NCBI GenBank assembly: GCA_023247725.1
Contig: JAHFFW010000013.1
Location: 1,031-65,030 of the forward strand
Source: Candidatus Omnitrophota bacterium
GTDB lineage: Bacteria; Omnitrophota; Gorgyraeia; Zapsychrales; JAHFFX01
Reading direction: 5' to 3'
Length of the DNA: 64,000 bases
Of this stretch, positions 8,723 to 16,750 are shown piece by piece. The notes under the pieces were generated by a model. It saw only the letters and a program-made list of their open reading frames with translations. It made no database searches and was not told the origin of the DNA. The position numbers and the translations under genes were made by a program. Within the stretch, counting starts at the first letter, position 1. Every line of letters starts with the position of its first letter.

Positions 8723-10660
8723 TCAAGGGCGGCGCCGCAGGATCGAAAATGAGGGGGTCGAGGCGACCAGCGAATAATGTTCGTTAATAAAGGCAACGAC
8801 CTCGTCGTATTTTGCTTTATTCTCAGGCAGACGAAAATAGACATCAGGAAACCAGGTTCCTGGATCCTTGGAGATGACGGCATAATTGGGCGCAGATGCC
8901 TTCAGGTCTTTCAAAAATTCCTGATGCCAATCTTCCTTAAACCAGGAAAAGGGCACCATGGGAAACCGCCCCACCCATGGCCGATCGACGAGGAATTGAT
9001 AAAAACCCAACTCTGGAAACATCAGGACCTTTTCGCCTTTGGCCGTATGGGAGCGAATAAATTGATTTACCCCTTCTATGTCCTTTGCCTGCGAAGTGGG
9101 CACAACCATGCCTTTGAGCCTTTCCAATTGTAATTCTTTCGACTCTTCACCGGCCAGAGGTTTCAATGACTCCAGACTTTGTCTGGTTAAAGCATTACGA
9201 ACATACTTAAAAACAAAAAAACGATGATTGAACCGTTGGATAGAATAGCTGATGGACACGATAACCATTATGATTAAAAAGACCTGTGTCGCGGCTTTCG
9301 TTGAATTTTGCCATGTCAAAGACAAAAAATAATTTTGTTGCATTTGATTTGGGTGCGCTGTATGGAACCCCACGGGCATGCCCCTGCCTCGCCGGCAGGC
9401 GGGCGTGGTACCTTCTTCTTGCCCTTTGGGGATTTGCTCGCGTGATTTCTTATGATTGGGTTCCATCCCGAGCGAAGGGCCCCCGGCCATGGCCGGGGTA
9501 CGAGTCGAGGGATCGAGTCCTATCCATGCCGCTTTTTCCAATAAAAAAAAGTACAAAATCTTTTCCGGCTGCAAGGCCATCTCAAATTGGGAGGCATGGA
9601 TGGCCCGAAAAGCCGCTTTGTACATGACCAGCCCATAGACGCCCAGACAAATGCAGGCACAATCGGACACAGTGAGATTCTTTTTGCTTTTTTGCCAAAA
9701 AAGGTAAACCAAAAAAAATAAATAGCAATAGGCCGGCGTCATCTGCTTGAAATTCGCCGAAACAGGATTGACCATGGCGATCAAGGCTTCTCTGGGATTA
9801 TTCGGGATTTCCGAAATAAAATTGAGGTTGATCGTGGTCTGCATCTTGGTGACGACGGTATAAACCGCCTCGAGATAAGGAATAAAGGCGCCGTTGATTA
9901 TAAAATACATGACCGCCGGGATCGCCACACAAGCGATTCCGCCCAGAAATGCAAAAATCGCCGATTTGAGTTTCGGCCAGGGAAGCGTTTGGGACCAAGA
10001 GGAGAAAATAAGTCCCGCCACAATTCCGCTTAAGGCACAGATGCCAATCTCCACACTGGTCAGAAGTCCCAGGATCGAAACAAACCCAGCCCAGAACATC
10101 CAGGAAGGCTTTTGTCGGCGGAAAAACTTCACGGCGCACCACACCGCCAGAATTCCAAAGGCAAATCGCATCCCTCCCCAATAGGCAAAAACCACTCGCG
10201 GAAAGGTTCTCGTCACAAGAATCGGAATGAGCAAATAGAAAAAAAGCCGCGAAGAAAGAATTTCTCTCGCCAAGAAAATGCACAAGATGAGCGTCAATAC
10301 GTTACCGACATAAAAATAGGACGAAAGAACCGCGATGTTTTCCCCAAAGAGCTTCATGAGAAGGGCCGGGACATATAACTCCAAGGGACCACGCAGATGA
10401 AAAACATCCCGAAAAGGCACTTGCCCTTTGAGCACCGCGTCAATCCCGGGCAAATAAAGTCCCAGCTCAAATTCATTGATATTGCCATGAAGGAAATAGG
10501 GTTGCCAGGTGATGAGGATCGTAAAGAAAGACAGAATCAAAACATCGAAGGGTTGGGGCGGTTGAAGCAGTTTTTTCATGATCCTGGCATTGACCGAAAA
10601 AATTTGAAATGATTTACCAGCTATTGTAATGAAAGCTTCGGAGATTTCCAGCTTTTTCAA
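8723..10660 (-). CDS. Polytopic membrane protein, glycosyltransferase-like (ArnT/PMT/YfhO-like topology) with C-terminal soluble domain; contains an odd GC-rich palindromic segment
   Basis: More than 10 predicted TM helices in the N-terminal 380 aa, soluble about 135-aa C-terminal domain; no specific family recognised. Confidence 0.5.
   Translation of the reverse strand: MKKLEISEAFITIAGKSFQIFSVNARIMKKLLQPPQPFDVLILSFFTILITWQPYFLHGNINEFELGLYLPGIDAVLKGQVPFRDVFHLRGPLELYVPALLMKLFGENIAVLSSYFYVGNVLTLILCIFLAREILSSRLFFYLLIPILVTRTFPRVVFAYWGGMRFAFGILAVWCAVKFFRRQKPSWMFWAGFVSILGLLTSVEIGICALSGIVAGLIFSSWSQTLPWPKLKSAIFAFLGGIACVAIPAVMYFIINGAFIPYLEAVYTVVTKMQTTINLNFISEIPNNPREALIAMVNPVSANFKQMTPAYCYLFFLVYLFWQKSKKNLTVSDCACICLGVYGLVMYKAAFRAIHASQFEMALQPEKILYFFLLEKAAWIGLDPSTRTPAMAGGPSLGMEPNHKKSREQIPKGQEEGTTPACRRGRGMPVGFHTAHPNQMQQNYFLSLTWQNSTKAATQVFLIIMVIVSISYSIQRFNHRFFVFKYVRNALTRQSLESLKPLAGEESKELQLERLKGMVVPTSQAKDIEGVNQFIRSHTAKGEKVLMFPELGFYQFLVDRPWVGRFPMVPFSWFKEDWHQEFLKDLKASAPNYAVISKDPGTWFPDVYFRLPENKAKYDEVVAFINEHYSLVASTPSFSILRRRP
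9380..9500. repeat. GC-rich perfect palindromes (CCTGCC-N5-GGCAGG; CCCCGGCCATGGCCGGGG) embedded in frame inside the 8723..10660 ORF
   Basis: Seen directly; the same style of GC-rich hairpin is used as intergenic terminator elsewhere in the window (16681, 18488, 35663). Confidence 0.5.
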
Positions 10661-10683
10661 TTTTTCTGGCAGGAGATGCGGAG

Positions 10684-12453
10684 TTATTGGAGTCTGTACT
10701 CGGTGTAATTTTTTAAGTAAAGCAAATTTTTGAGCACAATCGGGTCAACGACGGTCTGTGAATCGCTAGAGAGATGATCTCGATCAATAATAATAGGCGC
10801 GTATTCATCTTCGGCAGAAGGGGCGGGGGATTGCTGCACGATCCGAGGGATCTTGACACCGCGAGTCGAAGCCGAGGCGTTTTTATGGGAATGATTAAAC
10901 TCCTGGACCATTTTTTCCAGATCCTGACCTTTGAGACCATTGGCCGGAGGAGAGATGGCTGGGTGGTTCGAGGATTTTGACGTCAAAGCCTGAAGCATTC
11001 CGGTTGACCAAAAGGGATTAATTAAGGGATGAGGACAATTGGAAAAATTACTGACTAACGCATCAGTCATAGTACTCGTCTTCTTGTCATCGGTTGTTGC
11101 CTGCGTTGGCAGTACTGCTTCCGTAAATGGTCTATTATTTGTACGGAAGTCAGTAAAATCGTAAGGAACCTGCGAGGATGCCATGACAAAACTTTTGTCA
11201 GTTTTATTCTCCTTCGACCCGCCCACGACCGGGCGAAGTAGCATAGGTGGACCCGCTGGTTCCGCTTTCATTTCGGCTTTCGGTGCCTTTACAATAGTGG
11301 GTTCGGCTTCGGGTTTGGTCGTTTGCATTTTTTTTGCGATGACAGATTCAGCCAGCTTAACGTGAGCTGAAAGTTTTGAACTCTTAGCCAAAAAGACCGA
11401 AGTTAGCTGCGGACCCTTTTCTCTTTGCGCCACGGATTCCACGAGATGGCGCAACGATTGCAACCTTGCTTTGGCCTGAATCAGGAATGCTTTTTTCTCC
11501 GGAAGGCTGGGCTCAAATTTTTTGCCAGCCGAATGGAAAAATTGGGAAGGATCGATCAAAGGGGGTGGCCTGAAAGACGCCCCTTTGGTTTTTTTTACTG
11601 TTTTTTCGGTCGTTCTTTCTACGGTATTAGCCGGTGCCGGGATTTGTGAGGAGGGAATGGCCATAACGACTTCTTTTGGTTTAGCCGGAGGCGGAATTAA
11701 AGCCAATTCTTTTTCCAAGTCGGCCGGCGCATTGATATTCAAACGTCCTTTTTTGCGTTGTCCAATCTCGGCCACAATGTCATCGAGATGTTCGGAATCA
11801 GACACGGGCGTAACTATGGAAGCCGCCGGGGTCATGACATCCCCTTTCTCTTTTTCTTTCTGCTTTTGGGGTTTTTGTCCCTTGGGAAGTAATACGGCCG
11901 AATCAAATTCTTTAACCTTAGCCTTAAATTCCTTATCTTTTTTAAAGTTCTGGAAAAGACTTTCAAAATAGTCACCCAAAAAACCTAAAAATGATTTTTG
12001 AACCGGCTGATGAACAATGGTGATCGTCTTGACCTTGGCCGGATCATAACCCATATCTCTTAAGTCAGCGGCATCGAGGAACGCTTGACCGGTTTGGGAA
12101 GAAACCGGAATAATCAGATTAGCAGGAGTTGTACTGGGGGAAGCGTTGTTGCAGGAATCTGCAGATATTTCTGAAGGATTCTGGCTTTCAAACCCATGCC
12201 CGTCTTTTTCCTTCGTTTTCTCCACCTCTAGTCTCATGGCCTTGATCCGCTCGGTCTTGTAATCCTGAAGACTTTTGAATTTGCGGCCATTAATAAAAAT
12301 ATCAATGGGCTCGCGGGCGGGCTGAGTCCAACCGACCGGCACGGGGGCCCCAAAAATCCACAACAGTTGAGTGCCGATCAGAAGAATGAAACATCTTTTA
12401 AAGTGTCTGAATCTTATACTGTCCATAGGCAAGTCGTTGTCGTTGAACTTCAA
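10684..12453 (-). CDS. Hypothetical secreted or membrane-anchored Lys/Pro/Glu-rich protein
   Basis: N-terminal hydrophobic anchor, long low-complexity KP-rich middle region; no recognised domain. Confidence 0.5.
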   Translation of the reverse strand: MKFNDNDLPMDSIRFRHFKRCFILLIGTQLLWIFGAPVPVGWTQPAREPIDIFINGRKFKSLQDYKTERIKAMRLEVEKTKEKDGHGFESQNPSEISADSCNNASPSTTPANLIIPVSSQTGQAFLDAADLRDMGYDPAKVKTITIVHQPVQKSFLGFLGDYFESLFQNFKKDKEFKAKVKEFDSAVLLPKGQKPQKQKEKEKGDVMTPAASIVTPVSDSEHLDDIVAEIGQRKKGRLNINAPADLEKELALIPPPAKPKEVVMAIPSSQIPAPANTVERTTEKTVKKTKGASFRPPPLIDPSQFFHSAGKKFEPSLPEKKAFLIQAKARLQSLRHLVESVAQREKGPQLTSVFLAKSSKLSAHVKLAESVIAKKMQTTKPEAEPTIVKAPKAEMKAEPAGPPMLLRPVVGGSKENKTDKSFVMASSQVPYDFTDFRTNNRPFTEAVLPTQATTDDKKTSTMTDALVSNFSNCPHPLINPFWSTGMLQALTSKSSNHPAISPPANGLKGQDLEKMVQEFNHSHKNASASTRGVKIPRIVQQSPAPSAEDEYAPIIIDRDHLSSDSQTVVDPIVLKNLLYLKNYTEYRLQ

Positions 12454-12636
12454 GTCGTCATTCAGTGCTTATTTGGATCAGACGGATCAGGGCTCAATAA
12501 TTATAACTGGTCCCTCCGAACTTATGCAACCTCAATTTTTGACATCCTTTCCCTAATTCCGAGGAGCAAAAATGGCCGATTTCAATGGCTGATTTCAGCT
12601 ATTGCCGAGCCGCAATTATCTAGGTAAACTATATTT

Positions 12637-12873
12637 ATGGGAAACCTTTACGTCTTTATCCTGGTGGTAGCCAGTCTTGTGTGGATGGTGAGCCTGTTTT
12701 TTGGGTTAATGACGGGGGTCAGTAAAAGCTTTCGGCAAAAGCCCAATCCATCATCAGTCCAGGCAGAAAAATTGAAGGATAAGGAAAGGAAACTGGCAGA
12801 GGAAACGGAAGAAAAACGGCGACAATTGATGGAAAACACACAGCAGCGCATCCGTGACAGCAAAAAATTTTAA
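12637..12873 (+). CDS. Hypothetical small membrane protein (TM helix plus charged coiled-coil tail)
   Basis: 78-aa ORF only; one of two plus-strand ORFs considered plausible. Confidence 0.3.
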   Translation: MGNLYVFILVVASLVWMVSLFFGLMTGVSKSFRQKPNPSSVQAEKLKDKERKLAEETEEKRRQLMENTQQRIRDSKKF

Positions 12874-12878
12874 TTTCT

Positions 12879-13310
12879 TTAGGAGCCTTCCCGGGATTCC
12901 AAAATCCTTTTTCGCATTTCCCCTTCATACTGGGTTTGAATCTGAGTCAAGGCATTCTTCCCCAGAATCAATTGTGCGGCTTGTTCAATCGCGGTCAAAC
13001 GGTTTTTAAGATATAGGTAATCGGCTTGCAAGGACTTGGGGCCGTGGTCGGAAAATTTTTCGGCGTGCGCCTGTGTCCGCTTCTTCTCTATATATTGTTC
13101 AAAGGAGGCCAAGCGTTCGGCATACTGATTACTTTGATCCTCTGTTAATTTTATATTTTGCCTTCTTAAAATCTTTAAGATTTCCTCATCAACCACCAGC
13201 TGAGTGAATTTGCGGTCAATCCGGTCTAACTCTTCTTTGGTTGTTTTATAACACCAAAGCAAATATCGCCGAATGAGGTGTTGTTCCGCTATCTTTGCTT
13301 TTTGGGGCAT
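12879..13310 (-). CDS. Hypothetical all-alpha protein
   Basis: 143-aa ORF with coding-like composition; no family recognised. Confidence 0.4.
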   Translation of the reverse strand: MPQKAKIAEQHLIRRYLLWCYKTTKEELDRIDRKFTQLVVDEEILKILRRQNIKLTEDQSNQYAERLASFEQYIEKKRTQAHAEKFSDHGPKSLQADYLYLKNRLTAIEQAAQLILGKNALTQIQTQYEGEMRKRILESREGS

Positions 13311-13373
13311 TGACGGGGGTTAGCCCGTAGAGAGAAAATAATGAAGTCGGCGGCTTTTCTCTTTACGGGGCTA

Positions 13374-13556
13374 CTAGGGAATGACATTAATATCATCGAC
13401 CATCGCATCGAGTAGGTCCACGCTGCCATTGAGTTGTTGCTCGAGGTTATTGCGGAAATTGCCGAAAGGATTGAGAAAGATAATAAGAACCGTAAGGACG
13501 GCAGCAGATAAAACCAAATATTCAACGGCGCTTTGAGCGGTGCGATTTATTTTCAT
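13374..13556 (-). CDS. Putative Flp/Tad-type pilin-like small protein
   Basis: MKINRTAQSAVEYLVLSAAVLTVLIIF: AVEY followed by a hydrophobic helix resembles the Flp class-III signal peptide (G-ATAIEYGLIA), but the conserved Gly is absent. Confidence 0.35.
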   Translation of the reverse strand: MKINRTAQSAVEYLVLSAAVLTVLIIFLNPFGNFRNNLEQQLNGSVDLLDAMVDDINVIP

Positions 13557-13682
13557 AGCATTGCCTCAAATCATCCTCATCCAAACTATAGCATATGGAA
13601 GAAAAATTGTAAAACCTTTGGACCTTCACCTTTAAATTATTCTTAAGAGTTCTCCCCAAACTTCTCAAGATTTACTATTAGA

Positions 13683-13723
13683 AGAGGCGGCCATCCCGCT
13701 TGAACAGGATGGCCGCCTCTTCC
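13683..13723. terminator. Perfect 16-bp stem hairpin (GAAGAGGCGGCCATCC / GGATGGCCGCCTCTTC) abutting the stop of the 13724..14338 gene; no U-tract
   Basis: Seen directly. Confidence 0.4.
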
Positions 13724-14338
13724 TCACGGGCCCAAGGTTTTAAAGACCTTATCCCCGGCCTTTGCCGGAGTGTGAGTTTTTAATCCTACCTGTTGACCTT
13801 TCCTGGCTCGTTCGACATTCACACTTTCAATCTGCAGAGACTGAATCGACTGAATAAATCGGGTTTCTTTTCCGGAAATGAGGACCTTCTCTCCGACCGC
13901 AATCGGTCCATGACTAAGATTGATGACCACAACGCCGATTTGAGAAAAATAATGGGTGATTTCGCCAATGAGGGGACCGGTTCTCGGCTGGGATGAAGTT
14001 GCCAGTATGATGGAGGGAAGAGCTCTTTTGCCTTTGGCCAGCGTCGGACTCTTAAGCGCAGGCCGGGCTGAATGCAATCGTCCCGATCTTAGCGCAGCAT
14101 TGTTCCTGTTGTTAACCCGTAATGGCTTTGAGGGATGGGATGGCGATTTTTTTCTGGCAGCATTTCGCGAAGAAATTTTTTTTCGTCGGGTTTTGGCTTT
14201 TGGTGAGGTTGAAGGTTTTTTTCTTCGGATGGGCCGGCGGCGAGAAGTTTTTCCGCTCGATTGAACGGATTTAAAAAACCGGTTTATGGATCGAATGAGT
14301 TTTCTAAAAATGATCCGCCCCCCTGAAATCCATTGCAA
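13724..14338 (-). CDS. Hypothetical protein: Arg/Lys/Ser-rich basic N-terminal tail plus C-terminal beta-barrel resembling translation-factor domain II / IF2 C2 domain; TTG start
   Basis: C-terminal IGEITHYFSQIGVVVINLSHGPIAVGEKVLISGKETRFIQSIQSLQIESVNVERARKGQQVGLK follows the G..V.G.V..G.I..GD pattern of EF-Tu domain 2 / IF2-C2 barrels. Confidence 0.5.
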   Translation of the reverse strand: MQWISGGRIIFRKLIRSINRFFKSVQSSGKTSRRRPIRRKKPSTSPKAKTRRKKISSRNAARKKSPSHPSKPLRVNNRNNAALRSGRLHSARPALKSPTLAKGKRALPSIILATSSQPRTGPLIGEITHYFSQIGVVVINLSHGPIAVGEKVLISGKETRFIQSIQSLQIESVNVERARKGQQVGLKTHTPAKAGDKVFKTLGP

Positions 14339-14388
14339 GCGGCGCTCACAAACTTTCCCAAAAAATTAAGTAGGCTTGTCCGACATGG

Positions 14389-14718
14389 CTAAAGGACAAT
14401 TTTGTCAGCAATGTCGGCGACAAAAGGCAACCGGATCTCATGGCCACGCAAGGCTTCGATAATGCCCCACAACGATAACGCACCCAAAAAAAACAGCCCA
14501 AAACGTAAGACTCCGGGAATAGCAATATGAAGGATAAAAACAGCCGCTTGAGCGACAAAGATGACGAGGCCTTGTTTGCCGTGGGAGAGGACGAAGGGGT
14601 TGTCCTTTTTTAGGACCAGCGGGATCACGCAGAGGACCGAAAGGTAGGACAAAATCGCGTAGATTTTTCCTTCCCGGATGGTCTCTTCGTCAATTGGACT
14701 TTGCCGTAAGTTCCCCAT
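14389..14718 (-). CDS. DUF4870-like small membrane protein
   Basis: Two TM helices; sequence pattern typical of the widespread DUF4870 family. Confidence 0.5.
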   Translation of the reverse strand: MGNLRQSPIDEETIREGKIYAILSYLSVLCVIPLVLKKDNPFVLSHGKQGLVIFVAQAAVFILHIAIPGVLRFGLFFLGALSLWGIIEALRGHEIRLPFVADIADKIVL

Positions 14719-15817
14719 CCGCCCTAACCTCGATCAAGGAATTGATATCACCAAACGAATTGCGTTCTTTGACGGGATTTTGCGGGTCTTCCTGCCATTT
14801 TCCATCAACAATAAATTGATATTTGTAAGTTCCCGCCTTCAAGGGCAATTGAACACTCCAACGGCCGCCTTCGTTGCGCATGCGGCAGGATTCATCCAAA
14901 GACCAGTCGTTAAAACTCCCCGTCACATAGACGGATTGGGCATAGGGGGCTTCCAATGTGAATGGCGTAGAAAGAAATTCCGAAGCTTCTTGACGGATCA
15001 TTTCTCTCATCCGTTGTGACAAGGGAACGGATGCACTGGATTGCGACGTTTCCGCAAGAGATTCCCATAAAGAGATTATCTCTTTGGCCAGCGTCAAATA
15101 ATCCTTCGTACCGCGGCAGTATTTGTCGTAATAATAAACCGTTTTACCCATGACGGCGGATTCCTTGAGTTTGACATTGACGTGAATGATCGTATCAAAA
15201 AGATTCCCGGCAAATTTTTCCTTGAACTGCGAGAGCATGGAAAAGGAATGCCGCAACCTCGAATCGAACATCGTGACCAGAACCCGGCAATTCACCGGAT
15301 GATTCAAGCGATCCCGAATGAGGTTCACAATATCCATCAAATGATCCACACCTTGCATGGAAAAACGGCTAGTTTCAACCGGTACAATCACCTCGGAACT
15401 CGCCCGGAGGGCATTCACGGTTAAGAACCCTAAGCTCGGCGGACAATCAATGAGGATGTAATCATATTTGCTTTTTTGCGAGTTAAGGACTTCACTCAGC
15501 TTCAATTCCCGGCCAATCTCGTCAGCCAATTCCTGTTCCAGGGTTCCCACCAGAATATTGGAAGGGACAATGTCGAATTTTTTTTCGATCGTTTTAATGA
15601 TATCATCCAGCTTAAGCTTTCGAGGGGTCAACTTTGAGATCACATTGTAGATACTGTCCGGTGAATCCACATTCAGTCCCAAAGAAGCGTGAGCCTGAGG
15701 GTCGAGATCCAAAAGAAGCACTTTCTTACCCGTTATAGAAAGCGAAGAGGCAAGATTGATCGCTGTCGTCGTTTTTCCGCATCCGCCCTTTTGGTTCGCA
15801 ATGGAAATCACTTTCAT
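14690..15817 (-). CDS. ParA/MinD-family P-loop ATPase fused to C-terminal glycogen-binding CBM48 (AMPK-beta GBD-like) domain
   Basis: Deviant Walker A KGGCGKTT at N-terminus; C-terminal YVTGSFNDWS...YKYQFIVDGKWQEDPQNP is the CBM48/AMPK1_CBM signature. Confidence 0.8.
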   Translation of the reverse strand: MKVISIANQKGGCGKTTTAINLASSLSITGKKVLLLDLDPQAHASLGLNVDSPDSIYNVISKLTPRKLKLDDIIKTIEKKFDIVPSNILVGTLEQELADEIGRELKLSEVLNSQKSKYDYILIDCPPSLGFLTVNALRASSEVIVPVETSRFSMQGVDHLMDIVNLIRDRLNHPVNCRVLVTMFDSRLRHSFSMLSQFKEKFAGNLFDTIIHVNVKLKESAVMGKTVYYYDKYCRGTKDYLTLAKEIISLWESLAETSQSSASVPLSQRMREMIRQEASEFLSTPFTLEAPYAQSVYVTGSFNDWSLDESCRMRNEGGRWSVQLPLKAGTYKYQFIVDGKWQEDPQNPVKERNSFGDINSLIEVRADGELTAKSN

Positions 15818-15892
15818 CGTTCTCTTCCTCCCTGTTGACCCGTTCGCTTCTTTGAAAGCTTAACGAAGTCCTCATTCAAAACAAAATAGCCC

Positions 15893-16468
15893 TTAGCTCG
15901 AAAAACAAACTCCGTCGATCAACACAATACCCTTCTTCTTCTCAGAATTCCATGCCTCCAAGACAAACGAGATTTCCGTGATATCGGACCAATCGGTGAT
16001 CTGGCTGAATTCTTCAAAGGGAATATCCACTGTTTGCCACTTCAAGCGGACATCCTTGATGTAAAAGGAGGCGATTTCATTGCGCCGATTTTTGATGGTC
16101 ACCTTGACGACGCCAGGATAGCCTTCTTCCAAACCGCGAATGGAAAAATTCAAACTCTTATATTTGGAGGCATTGATTTGGGGTATGGCCAAGGCAAAAA
16201 TTTTGATCTGCGGAAATGGATCGTTTAAATCGTAGTGAATACGTAAGGGGCCGTTCGTGAGGGCATAGATGATGCTGTTTCTAGATAATTCATTTTTTCC
16301 CGTCAAAAAAGCCGTAAAGCCATAAAAGGTGCTGGCGAGGATCACGAGCGTAATGACAATATTGATGAGCAGCCAAGCATTAAACCGACGCGATTTCTTT
16401 TCTTCAACTTTATCACGTTTGCCTAGATAGACTTGCGCTAAATGATCATATATTTCATCTCTGGTCAT
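15893..16468 (-). CDS. Membrane-anchored protein with beta-sandwich (possibly carbohydrate-binding-like) C-terminal domain
   Basis: N-terminal TM anchor, about 130-aa C-terminal beta-rich domain ending LIDGVCFSS; family not identified. Confidence 0.45.
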   Translation of the reverse strand: MTRDEIYDHLAQVYLGKRDKVEEKKSRRFNAWLLINIVITLVILASTFYGFTAFLTGKNELSRNSIIYALTNGPLRIHYDLNDPFPQIKIFALAIPQINASKYKSLNFSIRGLEEGYPGVVKVTIKNRRNEIASFYIKDVRLKWQTVDIPFEEFSQITDWSDITEISFVLEAWNSEKKKGIVLIDGVCFSS

Positions 16469-16669
16469 AACTACGGACTGCCCTTACAACTTTATCGTTT
16501 GATTTTTTTTTGAGCGTGACAGTGAAGTGTGAATGTTTGTGTTTATCATAGCAGAGATTGAACTGATTGGAAATATTATTATGTTTTTTTTCGGGGAGGG
16601 TTTATAGCGATTTTTCCGTCGAGTTATCAAATGCCTAAAACAGAGAATAGATAGATATGAAATCTTTGC

Positions 16670-16715
16670 GCAAAAAAATTTGACCCCTGCCGTATTCTAC
16701 CCGGCAGGGGTCAGT
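16670..16715 (-). terminator. Rho-independent terminator of the outer-membrane protein gene (12-bp GC stem TGACCCCTGCCG, then U-run on minus strand)
   Basis: Perfect inverted repeat followed by a T7 run on the transcribed strand, about 40 nt after the stop. Confidence 0.6.
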
Positions 16716-16750
16716 GGAACTAACCTTTTTTTAGTGAACCTTCTAGAAAA

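Noticed and set aside
9420-9540. Possible tRNA inside the GC-rich segment of the 8723..10660 ORF (GGATCGAGTCC resembles a T-loop)
   Set aside because: No acceptor, D or T stems can be paired on either strand; the GC-rich palindromes are simple hairpins.
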